NCBI GenBank assembly: GCA_038087875.1
Contig: CM075995.1
Coordinates: 8,992,001-9,056,000, forward strand
DNA from: Malacoraja senta
Lineage: Eukaryota
DNA: 64,000 nucleotides
Direction: 5' to 3'
The position numbers were made by a program, and so were the translations under genes. The notes beneath the pieces are model-generated. The model was not told the origin of the DNA. It saw only the letters and a program-made list of their open reading frames with translations, and did not search any database. Positions 50,391 to 62,593 of this stretch are shown in pieces (position 1 is the stretch's first letter; each line of letters opens with the position of its first letter).

Positions 50391-50900
50391 TCTTGCTATT
50401 GAGGGAGTGCAGCGTAGGTTCACAAGGTTAGTTCCAGGGATGGCGGGACTGTCAATATGCTGAGAGAAGGAGAGGCTGGGCTTGTATACTCTGGAATTCA
50501 GAAGGATGAGAGGGGATCTTATTGAAACATATCATATAAGATTATTAAGGGTTTGGACAAGCTAGAGGCAGGAAACATGTTCCCGATGTTGGGGAGTCCT
50601 GAACCAAGGGCCACAGTTTACGAATAAGGGGTAAGCCATTTAGAACGGAGACGAGAAACACTTTTTCTCACAGAGAGTTGTGAGTCTGTGGAATTCTCTG
50701 CTCAGAGTGCGGTGGAGGCCGGTTCTCTGGATACTTTCAAGAGAGAGCTAGATAGGGCTCTTAAAGATAGCAGAGTCAGGGGGTATGGGAGAAGGCAGGA
50801 ACGGATACTGATTGTGATGATCAGCGATGATCACATTGAATGGCGGTGCTGGCTCGAAGGGGCGAAATAGCCTACTCCTGCACCTATTGTCTATTGTCTA
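50391..50900 (+). mobile_element. CR1-type LINE 3' fragment
   Basis: CR1 C-terminus with many small indels; CTATTGT tail. Confidence 0.88.
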
Positions 50901-53462
50901 TAAACCTGTGTCCTCTGGTCCTCAATTCCCCTACTCTGGCAAAAGACTCTGTGCGTCTACCTTATCTTTTCTGCTCAAGTTCAAGTTCCAGTTACATTTA
51001 TTGTCTTGTGCACCACTTGGTACAGTGAGATTTGAGTTACCGTACAGCCATAAGAATAAAAAAGAACACAATACACGATAGGATTTAACATAACATCCCA
51101 CGCAGACGGAATCAACGTTTCCCACTGTGAAGGCAATAAAGTTCAGTCATCTCTTCTTTGTTCACCCATGGTCGGGGCCTTTGAACCCTCCGCATGATCG
51201 AGCTCCGACGTCGGAACGGAAGAACACACTCAGCGGCTTGGAGTTTCCGAATCGACCGCGGCTTCCAAAGTCCGCAGGCCGAGCTGGGCGAGCTCCAACA
51301 CTCGGCAAAGATCCCAGGACTTCGCGATGTTAAAGTCAGCACCGCCCGCGGCTAGAAGCTCCGCTAACCACAGCTCCACGATGTTAAAGCAGCAGGTCCA
51401 ACACTCTGGAGCTTCAACACAGGCGATCCCCGGCACGGCATCGTCCTGCTCCACGATGGAATTCAGTGCTGCGCTGCTGCTGAAGCTCTGGCCGATCTCC
51501 GGCAGGAAAGGCCAACGCTAATCCAGTTGGTAGCCGCGAGGGGGGTGGGCGAAAGATGCGACTCAGAGAAAAGACACATCTCGACCAGGTAAGTGACTGG
51601 GAAACGGTTTCCCCCCTTTCCCCCCCACATAAAAATGAGTAAGAAACCTTTCAAAAATACTTTGTGACATACTAAAATAACAAAAAAGGGTGAAAGGACG
51701 AACAGCTGCTGGCGAGGCTGGTGCCCAGTACTTTGTACAGCTCTATAAGATCACCCCTCAATGGAGTACCAGCCTACTCAACCTCTCCTCTCAGACCCTC
51801 TTGTCCTGGCAACATCCTTGCAATTCTTCTCTGTACTTCTTCCAGCTTGATAACATCTTTCCCATAACATGGTGCCCAGAACTGAACACAACACCCTAAA
51901 TGCAGCCTCACCAATGGAAGTCCACCGGGTGGCGCATTCAGCAGTGGCTGCCTCACCAACAGTCTGTCTGCCCTTTCTTCTTTTGTGTTATTTTTAGTAT
52001 GTTAAAAAGTATGTTTTAGTCTTCCTTGGTTTGTTTTATGTGGCGGGTGGGGGGGGGGGTGGTTGGGGGAAACGCTTTTTCAATCTCTTCCTCGACGGAG
52101 ATGCAATGTTTTTCCGTATTGCATCTCCGTCCACACTGCGGCCTGACCATGATGGGGTAGGCAGCCTTTCCTGGAGACCGACAGGCGCTCCAAGCCGCGG
52201 GAGTCTGCGATCCCTTTGCTGGGATCAAAGCCCCAACCGCGGGGCCTGTGGACTAACATCGTGAAGCCCGCGGTCTCTGGTAAGAAGAGTCCGACTCGGG
52301 AGCTCCGTGCCGCGGAGAGAGTTTCAACTGCCCCGACGCGGCAGTTTCGATCACCCCAACGGGGCTTCGATCGTCGGCTGCGGGGGCTTCGATCGCCCCC
52401 GACTGCGGATGGTTTGACTGCCCCGACCGCGGGAGAACAAAGAGGAAGAAGATTGAACGTATTGCCTTCCATCACAGAGAGGAATGTGGAATCCACTGTG
52501 GTGGATGTTTATGTTAACTGTTCTGTGGTTGTGTGTCTTGTTGCTTTTCACTTAGTATGGCTGCATGGTAACTCAAATTTCACTGTACCTTAACTGGTAC
52601 ATGTGACAATAAACTAACCTTGAGACCTTGAAACCTTGACCTTGAAACCAATGTCTTATGCAACTGCAACATGACCTCCCAACTTCTATACTCATTACTC
52701 TGACTGATGAAGGCCAATGTGCCAATTTGGAGGGATATGGGCAGGTGGGACTAGCCGTAGATGGGGCACCTTGGTCGACAAGGGCAAAGCTGGTCGAAGA
52801 GCCTGTTTCCGTGCTGTATGACTCTATGACTCTCTGAGAATTAATTGTAGTATATTTTGTACAGGGTTGAAAGGATCTCACTCATTTCATGCAATTTGCA
52901 ATTGTATGTTCGTTTATGTTTTGAAGAATATCATAGACTTCAAAATCCTTTACAGCCAATGCAGCTTGTTTTAATACAATAAACTCTCATTATAATGGAC
53001 CATAAGAGAATGGGAATGGTCCATTATTGCTGACTGTCCGCTATAACCTAGTAAGGGATTATCAAAGGACACAAGGTGTGAGAGTAACTCAGTGGGTCAG
53101 GCAGCATCTGTGGAGAATATGGATAGGTGACGTTTCACAGAGGTGCTGGAGTAACTCAGCGGGTCAGGCCAGCATCTGTGGAGAATATGGATAGGTGACG
53201 TTTCACAGAGTGCTGGAGTAACTCAGCGGGTCAGGCAGCATCTGTGGAGAACATGGATAGGTGACGTTTCGGGTCGGGACCCTTCTTCAGCTACAGCATG
53301 CAAACAGTCCCATCAGCCCACCTGCCATGACAACCGTTGATTTCCCTTTTCACACTTTCTCATCCACTCTGTGCAGACAATTTACAGAGAGCTAATTAAC
53401 CTACAACCCCGCTCGTCTTTGGGATGTGGGAGGAAGTCGGAGCACCTGGAAGAAACCCACGT

Positions 53463-54713
53463 GGTCACAGGGAGAACGTGCAAACTCCGCACAGACAGCA
53501 CCCGGGGTCAGGATCGAGCTCAGATCTCCGGCGCTGCGAGGGAATTGATCTACCAGCTGTGCCATTGTGCCACCCTTGTGCAGCACAAGCTTTATAGTGT
53601 CCACTGTGACTTTTAGTGACACATCTTATTTCTCAACCGGGTGGCGCTAGCAATGGCTGCCTCGCCAACAGTCTGTCCGTCCCTTCCTTCTTTGTTGTTT
53701 GATAGTATGTGTTAAATGTATGTTTTAGTGTTCTTTAGCTTGTTTTATGTGTGCGTGTGTGTGTGGGAGGGGGGGGGGGGGGTTTGAGGAAACGTTTTTA
53801 AATCTCTTACCCCGTCGGAGATGTGATTTTTTTTTTGGTATTGTATCTCCGTCCGCACTGCGGCCTAACATCGTGGAGTTGGCGGCCTTTGCTGGAGGCC
53901 GACTTCGGGAGCTCCAAGCCGCGGGATCTTCGACCGTCCCGACATGGGAGCTTCGATACCACTGACGCGTTAGTTAGTGGACAGGCCCTTTAGTGTGCGG
54001 GGATCGCTAGTTGCTGCAGACTCGGTGGGACGAAGGGCCTGTTTCTGCGCTGTATCTCTAAACAACGAAACAACTAAACTAAGGAAACCGTACCCTATGC
54101 CTCAATTGAAATCCACTTTAGTTTAGTTGAGAGATACAATGTGGAAACAGGCCCACGAGTCTGCAGGCAACTAGCGATCCCCGCACACTAAAGGGCCTGT
54201 CCCACTAACTAACGCGGTCAGTGGTATCGAAGCTCCCATGTCGGGACGGTCGAAGATCCCGCGGCTTGGAGCTCCCGAAGTCGGCCTCCAGCAAAGGCCA
54301 CCAACTCCACGATGTTAGGCCGCAGTGCGGACGGAGGAGATACAATACCAAAAAAAAATCACATCTCCGACGGGGGTAAGAGATTTAAAAACGTTTCCTC
54401 AACCCCCCCCCCCCCCACACACACGCACACATAAAACAAGCTAAAGAACACTAAACATACATTTAACACATACTATCAAACAACAAAGAAGGAAGGGACG
54501 GACAGACTGTTGGCGAGGCAGCCATTGCTGGCGCCACCCGTGGAGAAAAAAGATGTGTCACTAAAAGTCACAGTGGACACTATAAGCTTGTGCTGCACAA
54601 GGGTGGCACAATGGCACAGCTGGTAGATCAATTCCCTCGCAGTGCCGGAGATCTGGGCTCGATCCTGACCCCGGGTGCTGTCTGTGCGGAGTTTGTACCT
54701 TCTCCCTGTGACC
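53463..54713. repeat. Large inverted duplication (about 560-bp arms)
   Basis: 53463-54022 is the near-identical reverse complement of 54157-54713, including unique junctions between different repeats. Confidence 0.88.
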
Positions 54714-55155
54714 TGCGTGGTTTCTCAGAGTGCTCCGGTTTCCTCCCACACTCCAAAGACGTATGGGTTTGTATGTTAGTTGCCTTTGGTAAAAATAGTG
54801 TGTAGGATAGTGCTAATGTGCGGGGATCGCTGGTCGACGCAGACTCGGTGAGCTGAAGGGCCGTTTCCCGCTGTATCTCTAAACAATAAACTAATTTAAA
54901 TACCACTTTGCCACGAGTTGTTTATTATGTGAGGCAAAGTCAATGATGTTTTTAGGGACGAGATAAGTTCTTGATTAGTACGGGGTGTCAGGCATACGGG
55001 GGAGAAGGCAGGAGAATGGGGTTGAGAGGGAAAGAGAGATCAGCCATAATTGAATGGCGGAGTGGACTCGATGGGTCGAATGCCTAATTCTGCTCCTATC
55101 ACTTAAGAACATGTACTTTTCTCATGGTGGATTAGAAAATTACAAAAGATTTCTT

Positions 55156-55738
55156 AAGGGCCTGTCCACCGCGATTTTCTCAGCGACTGCCGGCGTCATA
55201 TCAGTGTCGCCAAAAGATTTTGAACATTTCAAAATTCAGAAAAATGTTGCGACACTTGAAAAAACACCGCGCGACAAACATAGGGTGCAACAAATGATGA
55301 TAATAAATGGTTTTAGGACCTGGCAAGGGGTGAGTAAAGATAAGAAGTAGGTACACCCCTTTCATATTGTCCTATCTTATTTTCTTTTTTCTCTTTTTTT
55401 CTTTTCTTCTTTAACTACTTCTTGTGGTTTAGGTTCACATGTGTGTTCCTGGACCACTTTTTCATTCACTCACTGACTGTCTTTGCTAGCTCTTTCTATC
55501 CTTTTTTCTATTAAAGTTGAAAAACAGAAGTGGTACAAGAACTGTATAAATTGATGTTATTGCAGATTACTGTAATATAAAATACTTCTAATAAAAAAAT
55601 AAAAATAAAAAATAATAAAAAACACCGCGCGTCAATACGTCATCACGCATCGTCACGCCGCAAATTTTTCGGTGACCTGATACGTCAGTCAATGATGCCG
55701 GCAGTCACCGAAAAAAAATCGCCGTGGGACAGGCCCTT
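55156..55738. mobile_element. Harbinger-like MITE containing a poly(A)-tailed retroposon fragment (55274-55618)
   Basis: AAGGGCCTGTCCAC ... GTGGGACAGGCCCTT ends; insert flanked by AAAACACCGCGCG (55261-55273, 55619-55631) and ending in an A-rich tail. Confidence 0.78.
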
Positions 55739-56182
55739 TACCCTTGATTATCCTTCAAGAACATTTTTGTACTGATGCTTTTGTACAAGAAGGCTCTGCA
55801 GAGAGTAGTGCGTTCGGCCGAACGCACTATTGGGAACTTCACTCGCCCCCCTGCAGGAACTACACATCACAAGGTGTAACTCCAGAGCCAATAAGATCAT
55901 GGGAGACCCCTTCCACCCCAGCAACGGACTGTTCCAGCTGCTACGGTCAGGCAAATGCCTCCGTTGCCACGCTGTGAGAACGGAGAGGTTGAGAAGGAGT
56001 TTCTTCCAGAGGCCATTAGGGCTGTAAACTCCTACCTCACTTTACTGTACCATTCTACTGGGTTTTTTTAATTGCTGTTTTTTTTTCTTTTCCTTCCTCC
56101 CACCATATTTAATATGTAAAAGAATATGTGATTCTGTTCCATTCTGTTTGTAGTTTGTAGGGTTTTTGGGGGGGTTTTTGCA

Positions 56183-56382
56183 NNNNNNNNNNNNNNNNNN
56201 NNNNNNNNNNNNNNNNNNNNNNNNNNNNNNNNNNNNNNNNNNNNNNNNNNNNNNNNNNNNNNNNNNNNNNNNNNNNNNNNNNNNNNNNNNNNNNNNNNNN
56301 NNNNNNNNNNNNNNNNNNNNNNNNNNNNNNNNNNNNNNNNNNNNNNNNNNNNNNNNNNNNNNNNNNNNNNNNNNNNNNNNNN
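56183..56382. other. Assembly gap (200 N), followed by CT-rich low-complexity tract 56383-56605
   Basis: Direct observation. Confidence 1.
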
Positions 56383-56859
56383 CTCCATCTCTCCCACCTC
56401 CCTCTCTCTCCCTCTCCCTCTCTTCCCCTCTCTCCCACCTCTCTCTCTCCCCTCTCCCCTCTCTTTCCCCCTCTCTCCCACCTCTCTCTCTCTCTCTCCC
56501 ACCTCTGTCCCCCTCTCTCTCCCACATCTCTCTCCCCCCCCTCTCTCCCACCTCTCTCTCCCTCTCCCCTAACTCTCTCCACCTCTCTCTCTCCCTCTCT
56601 CGCTCTATGTGTGTCAAGGGGTGGCTGCCAGCTCAGCCCAGCCGGCAGACAGACAGACAGAGACCGCTGGGGGGCCGGAGCCAGCGCCCGCCTCCCCGAC
56701 ATGTCAGAGGTTATGGGGAGAAGGCAGGAGAATGGGGTTAGGAGGCAGAGATAGATAGATCAGCCATGATTGAATGGCGGAGTAGGCTAGCTGGGCCGAA
56801 TGGTCCAATTCTGCCCGTCTCACTTATGATCTTATGACTCCCCCCCCTCCCCCCCCCCC

Positions 56860-57420
56860 CCCAGCGCCCCGCGTCGCTCACCCCGGCCAACCGGCCGCCG
56901 TGTTTACCTCCACGCCGCTGCTGCCCATCGCCGGCACTAGGCCCGGCCTCACCATGGCAACGCCCCGCCGCCGCCGCCGCCGCCGTCCACCCCCAGGCGT
57001 CTCCATAACAACGCCGCGGCTCAACTCGCGGCTCAACTCGGAGGCACCGCCCCCCCGCCCGCCCCTGGCGTCTCCATGGCAACGGCTGGCCGGCAGGGCT
57101 CCGTGCGCATGCTCTAGAGGCGGCTCCGCCCCGCTGTCGCTCCGGCCCTGTCTCCTTGGCGACGCCGGCCCTCAACGCGCATGATCGGGCGATGGTCCCG
57201 CCCCGCCCGCCGACGTCAATCTCAAGCATCTCCATGGCAACGCTAGAGACGGCCCAGCCCCGGGCCCCGCCGTCGCTCCTCCTGCTCCCAGGCGACCGGC
57301 CTGCCTCACTGCGCATGCTCAAGAGCGGCTCCACCCCGCACTGCCGACAAGCCTCGGCATCTCCATGGCAACGCCAGGCCTGCAGGAGGCCGCACCATCC
57401 CGCCGCCGCTGCAGCTCATC
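56860..57420 (-). promoter_or_regulatory. MAK: CpG-island promoter and candidate non-coding first exon of the MAK-like gene, with RFX X-box cluster
   Basis: CpG-dense. X-box-like 14-mers at 56948, 56999, 57070, 57150, 57228, 57359; TGCGCATGCT (NRF1-like) at 57104 and 57310; GC boxes; minus-strand donor GGG|GTGAGC at 56882/56881. Confidence 0.75.
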
Positions 57421-57605
57421 TTCACCTACCATCTTCTCCACAGATGCTGCCTGACCCGCTGAGTTACTCCAGCACTCTGTGAAACGTCACCTATCCATGT
57501 TCTCCACAGATGCTGCCTGACCCGCTGAGTTACTCCAGCACTCTGTGAAACGTCACCTATCCATGTTCTCCACAGATGCTGCCTGACCCGCTGAGTTACT
57601 CCGGC
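57421..57605 (+). repeat. 66-bp minisatellite (about 3 units)
   Basis: Same unit as the other arrays. Confidence 0.88.
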
Positions 57606-57634
57606 ATTCTCTGTCTATCTTTGACAGATTTGTC

Positions 57635-57957
57635 ATAAGGTCCCACATAGGAGATTAGTGGGCAAAATTAGAGCACATGGTATTGGGGGTAGAGTGCTGA
57701 CATGGATAGAGAAGTGGTTGGCAGACAGGAAACAAAGAGTAGGGATTAACGGGTCCCTTTCAGAATGGCAGGCAGTGACTAGTGGGGTACCGCAAGGCTC
57801 GGTGCTGGGACCGCAGCTATTTACAATATACATCAATGATTTAGATGAAGGGATTCAAAGTAACATTAGCAAATTTGCAGATGACACAAAGCTGGGTGGC
57901 AGTGTGAACGGTGAGGAGGATGCTATGAGAATGCATGGTGACTTGGACAGGTTGGGG
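57635..57957 (+). mobile_element. CR1-type LINE reverse-transcriptase fragment
   Basis: [23 protein letters not shown]...KFADDTKL. Confidence 0.9.
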
Positions 57958-60900
57958 ACGATACATAATGGACGATTAAAGCAGTCTTGCTTACTTGAAC
58001 TTTATTGTCTTTGTGCAGCCATCATCCCAACTGGGCCGCGAGCCCGGTGTCACCTCTAAAACAGTCCCCCGTACAATAGTACTTAAATAAACAATCCTAT
58101 TGTTACATCTTTCTTTTTCTTTTTTCAAGTTAGCCTCTTTCCCTTAGGTATTCTAGTGCAACAAACTTGTACCATATGCTCTGCTCATTTACAACAGATC
58201 TAACAACATAAGCAATAATAAATCAACAGTTCTAAACATCCGTTTTCTAGCAAGTGCATCAACAACACATTTTCATTTTTTTTTTTTTTTCATAGTCCAT
58301 ACTCTAATCACTGAGTATAGTCTGTCAGGTAGCGGGGTCTGACAACTTGTCGACCTGACCTGGTGACCGTGTCTTGGTTCTCTGCTGGGCCATCTGGCGG
58401 TATGGCCGCCTCTCACTGTTGGTGTGGGTGTGTTTTGTGTTGGTGTGAGCGTGGTGAGATTGTGTGAAAAAAATCTGAGGTGGCGACGATTTCGTCTCAG
58501 AACACCTCCACCTCATATGATCTATGGCTCACCTGTTGGACCACTCTCGCTGGTCTCCAGCCCTTGTGTGTGTCACAGGGCTGTACTCTCACACTGTCCT
58601 CTCTTTTCAGAGTATCCATGTCTTTTGCTGTGCGGTTATAGTACTTTTCCTATCTCTGTCTGTTGTATTTCAGTCCCTGTTCGTCGTGTGTCACCTCTGG
58701 CTTCAGCAGAGTGTCCTTTGTGGGAAGCAGGGTCCTGGTCCTCCTGCTTAGGAGTCTCTGTGCCGGGCTTGTGTTGAGGCCCTGGCTCGGTGTGTTGCGA
58801 TGATCCAGCATTGCCAAGTACGGATCCTGTCTCGCTGCTGCAGCCTTCAGCATCAGGCGCTTGGCTGTCTTTACCGCTGACTCCGCCTTCCCATTACTCT
58901 GCGGGTATCCCGGCGACGATGGCCTGTGTTCAAAGCCCCACTTCTGGCTGAAGTGCTGAAACTCTTGTGATGCATACTGGGGTCCGTTATCCGAGATAAC
59001 AATGTCAGGAATCCCCTGTCGGGCAAAGTGGACCTTGAGTTTTCTGATCACTGTGTTGCTCTTAGTGTCAGGTAGATAATCGACCTCCCAAAAGTTTGAA
59101 TAATAATCTACTGTTATCAGATAGTCTTTATTGTGAAAGGAGAAAAGGTCCGTTCCTACCTTGGCCCAGGGTCTGCTGGCCATGTCATGTGGATGTAGTG
59201 TCTCTATTGTTGCTTTGGGTCCACTGACCAACATATGTCACATTGGCGATGAAGGTCTTGATCTCCTCGTTCATTCCAAGCCAGTATACACACTCCCTCG
59301 CTCGCCTCAGACATCCTTCTACTCCCAGGTGAGAGGAGTGGATCCTGTGAGTGATCTCCACCCTGAGTGCGTCAGGTATCACGGCTCTGTCTCCTCGGAA
59401 CACTATGCCGTCCTGGAAACTCAGTTCATCTTGGAAAGTGTGGTAGTGCCTGATGTCACTTGGTAAGTCCTTTTTTCTCTTGGGCCACCCTGACAGTATT
59501 CTGTAACTTTGTGTCATCTTTGTGTAACTATTCTGTAACTCTGTAACTTTGTGTCATCTTTTGTTGCAGCCCTGATGGCACTCAGCCTCTCTGCTGAAAT
59601 GGGTAGGTAGCTGACCATGTTCACAGTCTCTATATCTGTCTCACTCTCTCCCTTAGTGCTCTCTGGTAAGTATGCTCTACTCAACGTGTCTGCAAGTAGC
59701 ATGTCCCTGCCTGGAACATAGGTCACACTGATATCATACTGCTGCAGCCTGAGTAGCATTCTCTGCAGTCTCTTAGGTGCACTAAGTAATGGCTTTCTGT
59801 GTATATTTTCTAGAGGCTTGTGGTCGCTTTGTACTGTGACCTCTCTACCATAAGTATACTGATGGAACTTTTCCATCCCAAACACTATGGCTAAGCATTC
59901 TTTCTCTATTTGGGCATAGCCCCTTTCAGTTGGTGTGAGTGCCCTACTACCAAATGCTACCGGTTTACCTTTCTGTGTCAGGGCGGCCCCCAGTCCCGTG
60001 TCAGATGCATCACACTGAAGTGTCAACTCCTTTTCCTTGTTGTAATACTGTAGAACTGGTGCTTTAGCGATTTTGTCTTTCAGTCTTTGAAACGCCCCTT
60101 CTTGGATGTCCGTCCATTCCCACATGTTCTCCTTTCGCGTGAGTTGTCTCAGAATCTCAGAGTAATCTGAAAGGTGGTCATAGAACTTAGAAAGATAGTT
60201 GACCATCCCAACTAATCTCTGTACCCCTTTCACGTCCGTTGGCCTTGGCATCTCTCTGATTGCCCGTACTTTCTCCGGGTCAACCCTCAGTCCCTCGGCC
60301 GTGAGCAGATGACCTATGTAGGGTACCTCTTTTTGTCTGAGCTTGATTTGTCCGCGTTCAGCTTGATGTTGCGCTCTCTGCACCTGGTTAGAAAGCGTCT
60401 GACTTTCTCGTCGTGGTCCTTTCCTGTCTCCTCTTGTGTTGCTCCTTCCCCCGTGATTAACACATCATCTGCTATGACGCAGACTCCTGGGAGTCCCTCC
60501 AGGGCCTGCATGAGCTTTCTTTGGAACACTTCAGGTGCTGGGCTTATTCCCATCGGCATCCTTAGCCAACGGAAGCGACCAAATGGGGTGGCGAATGTGG
60601 TAAGGAAGCTCGACTCTTCCTCTAGTTTGACATGCCAGAAGCCTTGCTTCACGTCGCAGACTGTGAATACTTTTGCCTTTGACATCTCCGGCAGGATGTC
60701 CTCTATAGTTGGGAGTGGATAATGATTTCTTTTTAGTGCCCGATTCAGAGGTTTGGGGTCTATACAGATCCTCAGCTTCCCATTAGGTTTTCTCACTGCG
60801 ACCATGCTACTGATCCAGTCAGTGCTGCGTTCCACTGGTGTGATTATCCCTCTTCTCTCTAGATCTTTGAGTTCCTCTTGTAGAGGTGTCATCATAGCTA

Positions 60901-62593
60901 CAGGCACTCTGCACTTTGGCAGTTTCACTGGTGGTACTCTGTCATCTATCTCTATTCTATATTCACCCTCCATGCAGCCATCTCCAGTGAACACATCCTC
61001 AAACTCTTCATTTATTTTGTCCATGGTCACGTGTTTGTCACTTTCTCCCTTTGTCACTGGGCTCGGCTCTTTCTTCACTATGTTGTCTATAGCCAGAATA
61101 TTCTCGTACTGTACTTTTATCAACTTCATTGCCTCGCTGGCTTTTCTGCCCAGTAAAGGGATTCTGCTACTCTGGTCAACCACTTGAAACTCTAGTCGGT
61201 ACAGCTTGTTGTTTCTAGGGTTTCTGACCTTAACCTTACATGTACCCAGAGGAGTCAACTTGGTCTTGTTATACATCACTAGCACCTTCTCAGTGTGCTC
61301 TAACTGTGTGTCTGGGTTTAGTAGATCGATGGGGATGATATTACAGGTGGCCCCACAGTCTATCTGGAAGTCAACTAACTTTTCCCCTATCTTCATTCCT
61401 GCAAAGAGCTGCTGGCCCTGACTGTGGCTGTTTTTAACCTGGTTTACAGTTTCATCCTCTCTATTTGCTTCAGTTATACAGTTGACATCCTCATAAGAGT
61501 CACTGTCACTAGTCTGCTCTGCAACTGCATGCACTTTCTTAGTTTTCCTACTGCTCTCTTGTCTCGATCTGCACTGAGCTGCAAAATGATTTTCCTTTCC
61601 ACACTTCTTACACTTTTTCCCAAAAGCTGGGCATTTTTTCTTATTCCTCTCGTGTGTTCTACCACAAAACTTGCACAGTATCTCATTGTCTTTTTGTCTC
61701 TCTTCTGCCTGTTTCAGTGCATGTACCTCCTCCACTGTCTGTCCTTGCAGTGTTCTGCTATTCTCCCTTGACAGCACTGTAGCTCTACAAATGTGCAGGC
61801 ATGTCTCAAGAGTCAGCTTCTCTTCCCTGAGTAATCTCTCCCTCAGTGCTGAGCTATTTGTACCACACACAAGTCGATCTCTAATCAATGAATCTCTAAT
61901 GTCCCCAAAATTGCAACTACTAGCAAGTATTTTCAAGTCTGTTACATAGCTGTCCACGTTTTCATCCAATCCTTGGTTCCTCATGAAGAATCGGTACCTT
62001 TCCACAGTCTCGTTTACCTTTGGGTTGCAGTACTCGTCAAACTGTATGATCATTGAACTCACTGTGGTCCTCGCTGAAGGGCTAGCACTCGACAAAGTCG
62101 CCCAAAGTTCTCTGCCTTTTTTCTCCGATGAGATAGTTGAATAGCTTGACTTTTGTGGTCTCTTCGGCGTCTGGCATGGTAAGGTCTATGTACAGTGTGA
62201 ACTCCTCCTTCCAACTTTTCCATGACTTCGCCAAGTTGTTGGAGTCCAAAACCAAAGTTCCAGGGGGTTTTAGCCCTTCCATCGCTGTCAGCTAGCTGTT
62301 GTGTTTTTTTTTCTTTGCCGGCTTCTGTAAGGCTAACGTTAGCCTGCTGCTAGCTAGCTAAACTTTCACTTTTCTAGTTAAGTCTGATAATTTTCGACGT
62401 CCACCGCTGCCACCATGTTTCATTATGTTCTTGGTCTATCTGGACGATACATAATGGACGATTAAAGCAGTCTTGCTTACTTGAACTTTATTGTCTTTGT
62501 GCAGCCATCATCCCAACTGGGCCGCGAGCCCGGTGTCACCTCTAAAACAGTCATCCGTACAACAGTACTTAAATAAACAATCCTATTGTTACA
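57956..62593 (-). mobile_element. Ty3/Gypsy LTR retrotransposon (Mag-like), near full length
   Basis: 5' LTR 62416-62593 (TGTAAC...AAACA, 178 bp). PBS TGGTGGCAGCGGTGG at 62401-62415, matching a tRNA-Leu 3' end. Polypurine tract about 58108-58125. 3' LTR 57956-58107 lacks the last ~26 bp. Domain order PR-RT-RH-IN. Confidence 0.95.
58308..62282 (-). pseudogene. Gypsy gag-pol polyprotein, frameshifted
   Basis: Gag CKFCGRTH..CPAFGKKCKKCGKENHFAAQC; protease IDCGA; RT IADDVLI; RNase H CDASDTGLGA; integrase GTDLF/DNGPQ/SNGKAE; C-terminus TRSGRQVVRPRYLTDYTQ* ends at 58308. Several frameshifts, one from a local duplication near 59497-59560. Confidence 0.93.

Noticed and set aside
56738..57482. GC-rich ORFs of 108-198 aa in the CpG island
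   Set aside because: Low-complexity Ala/Arg/Pro/Gly text expected from stop-poor GC-rich DNA; no recognisable domain.
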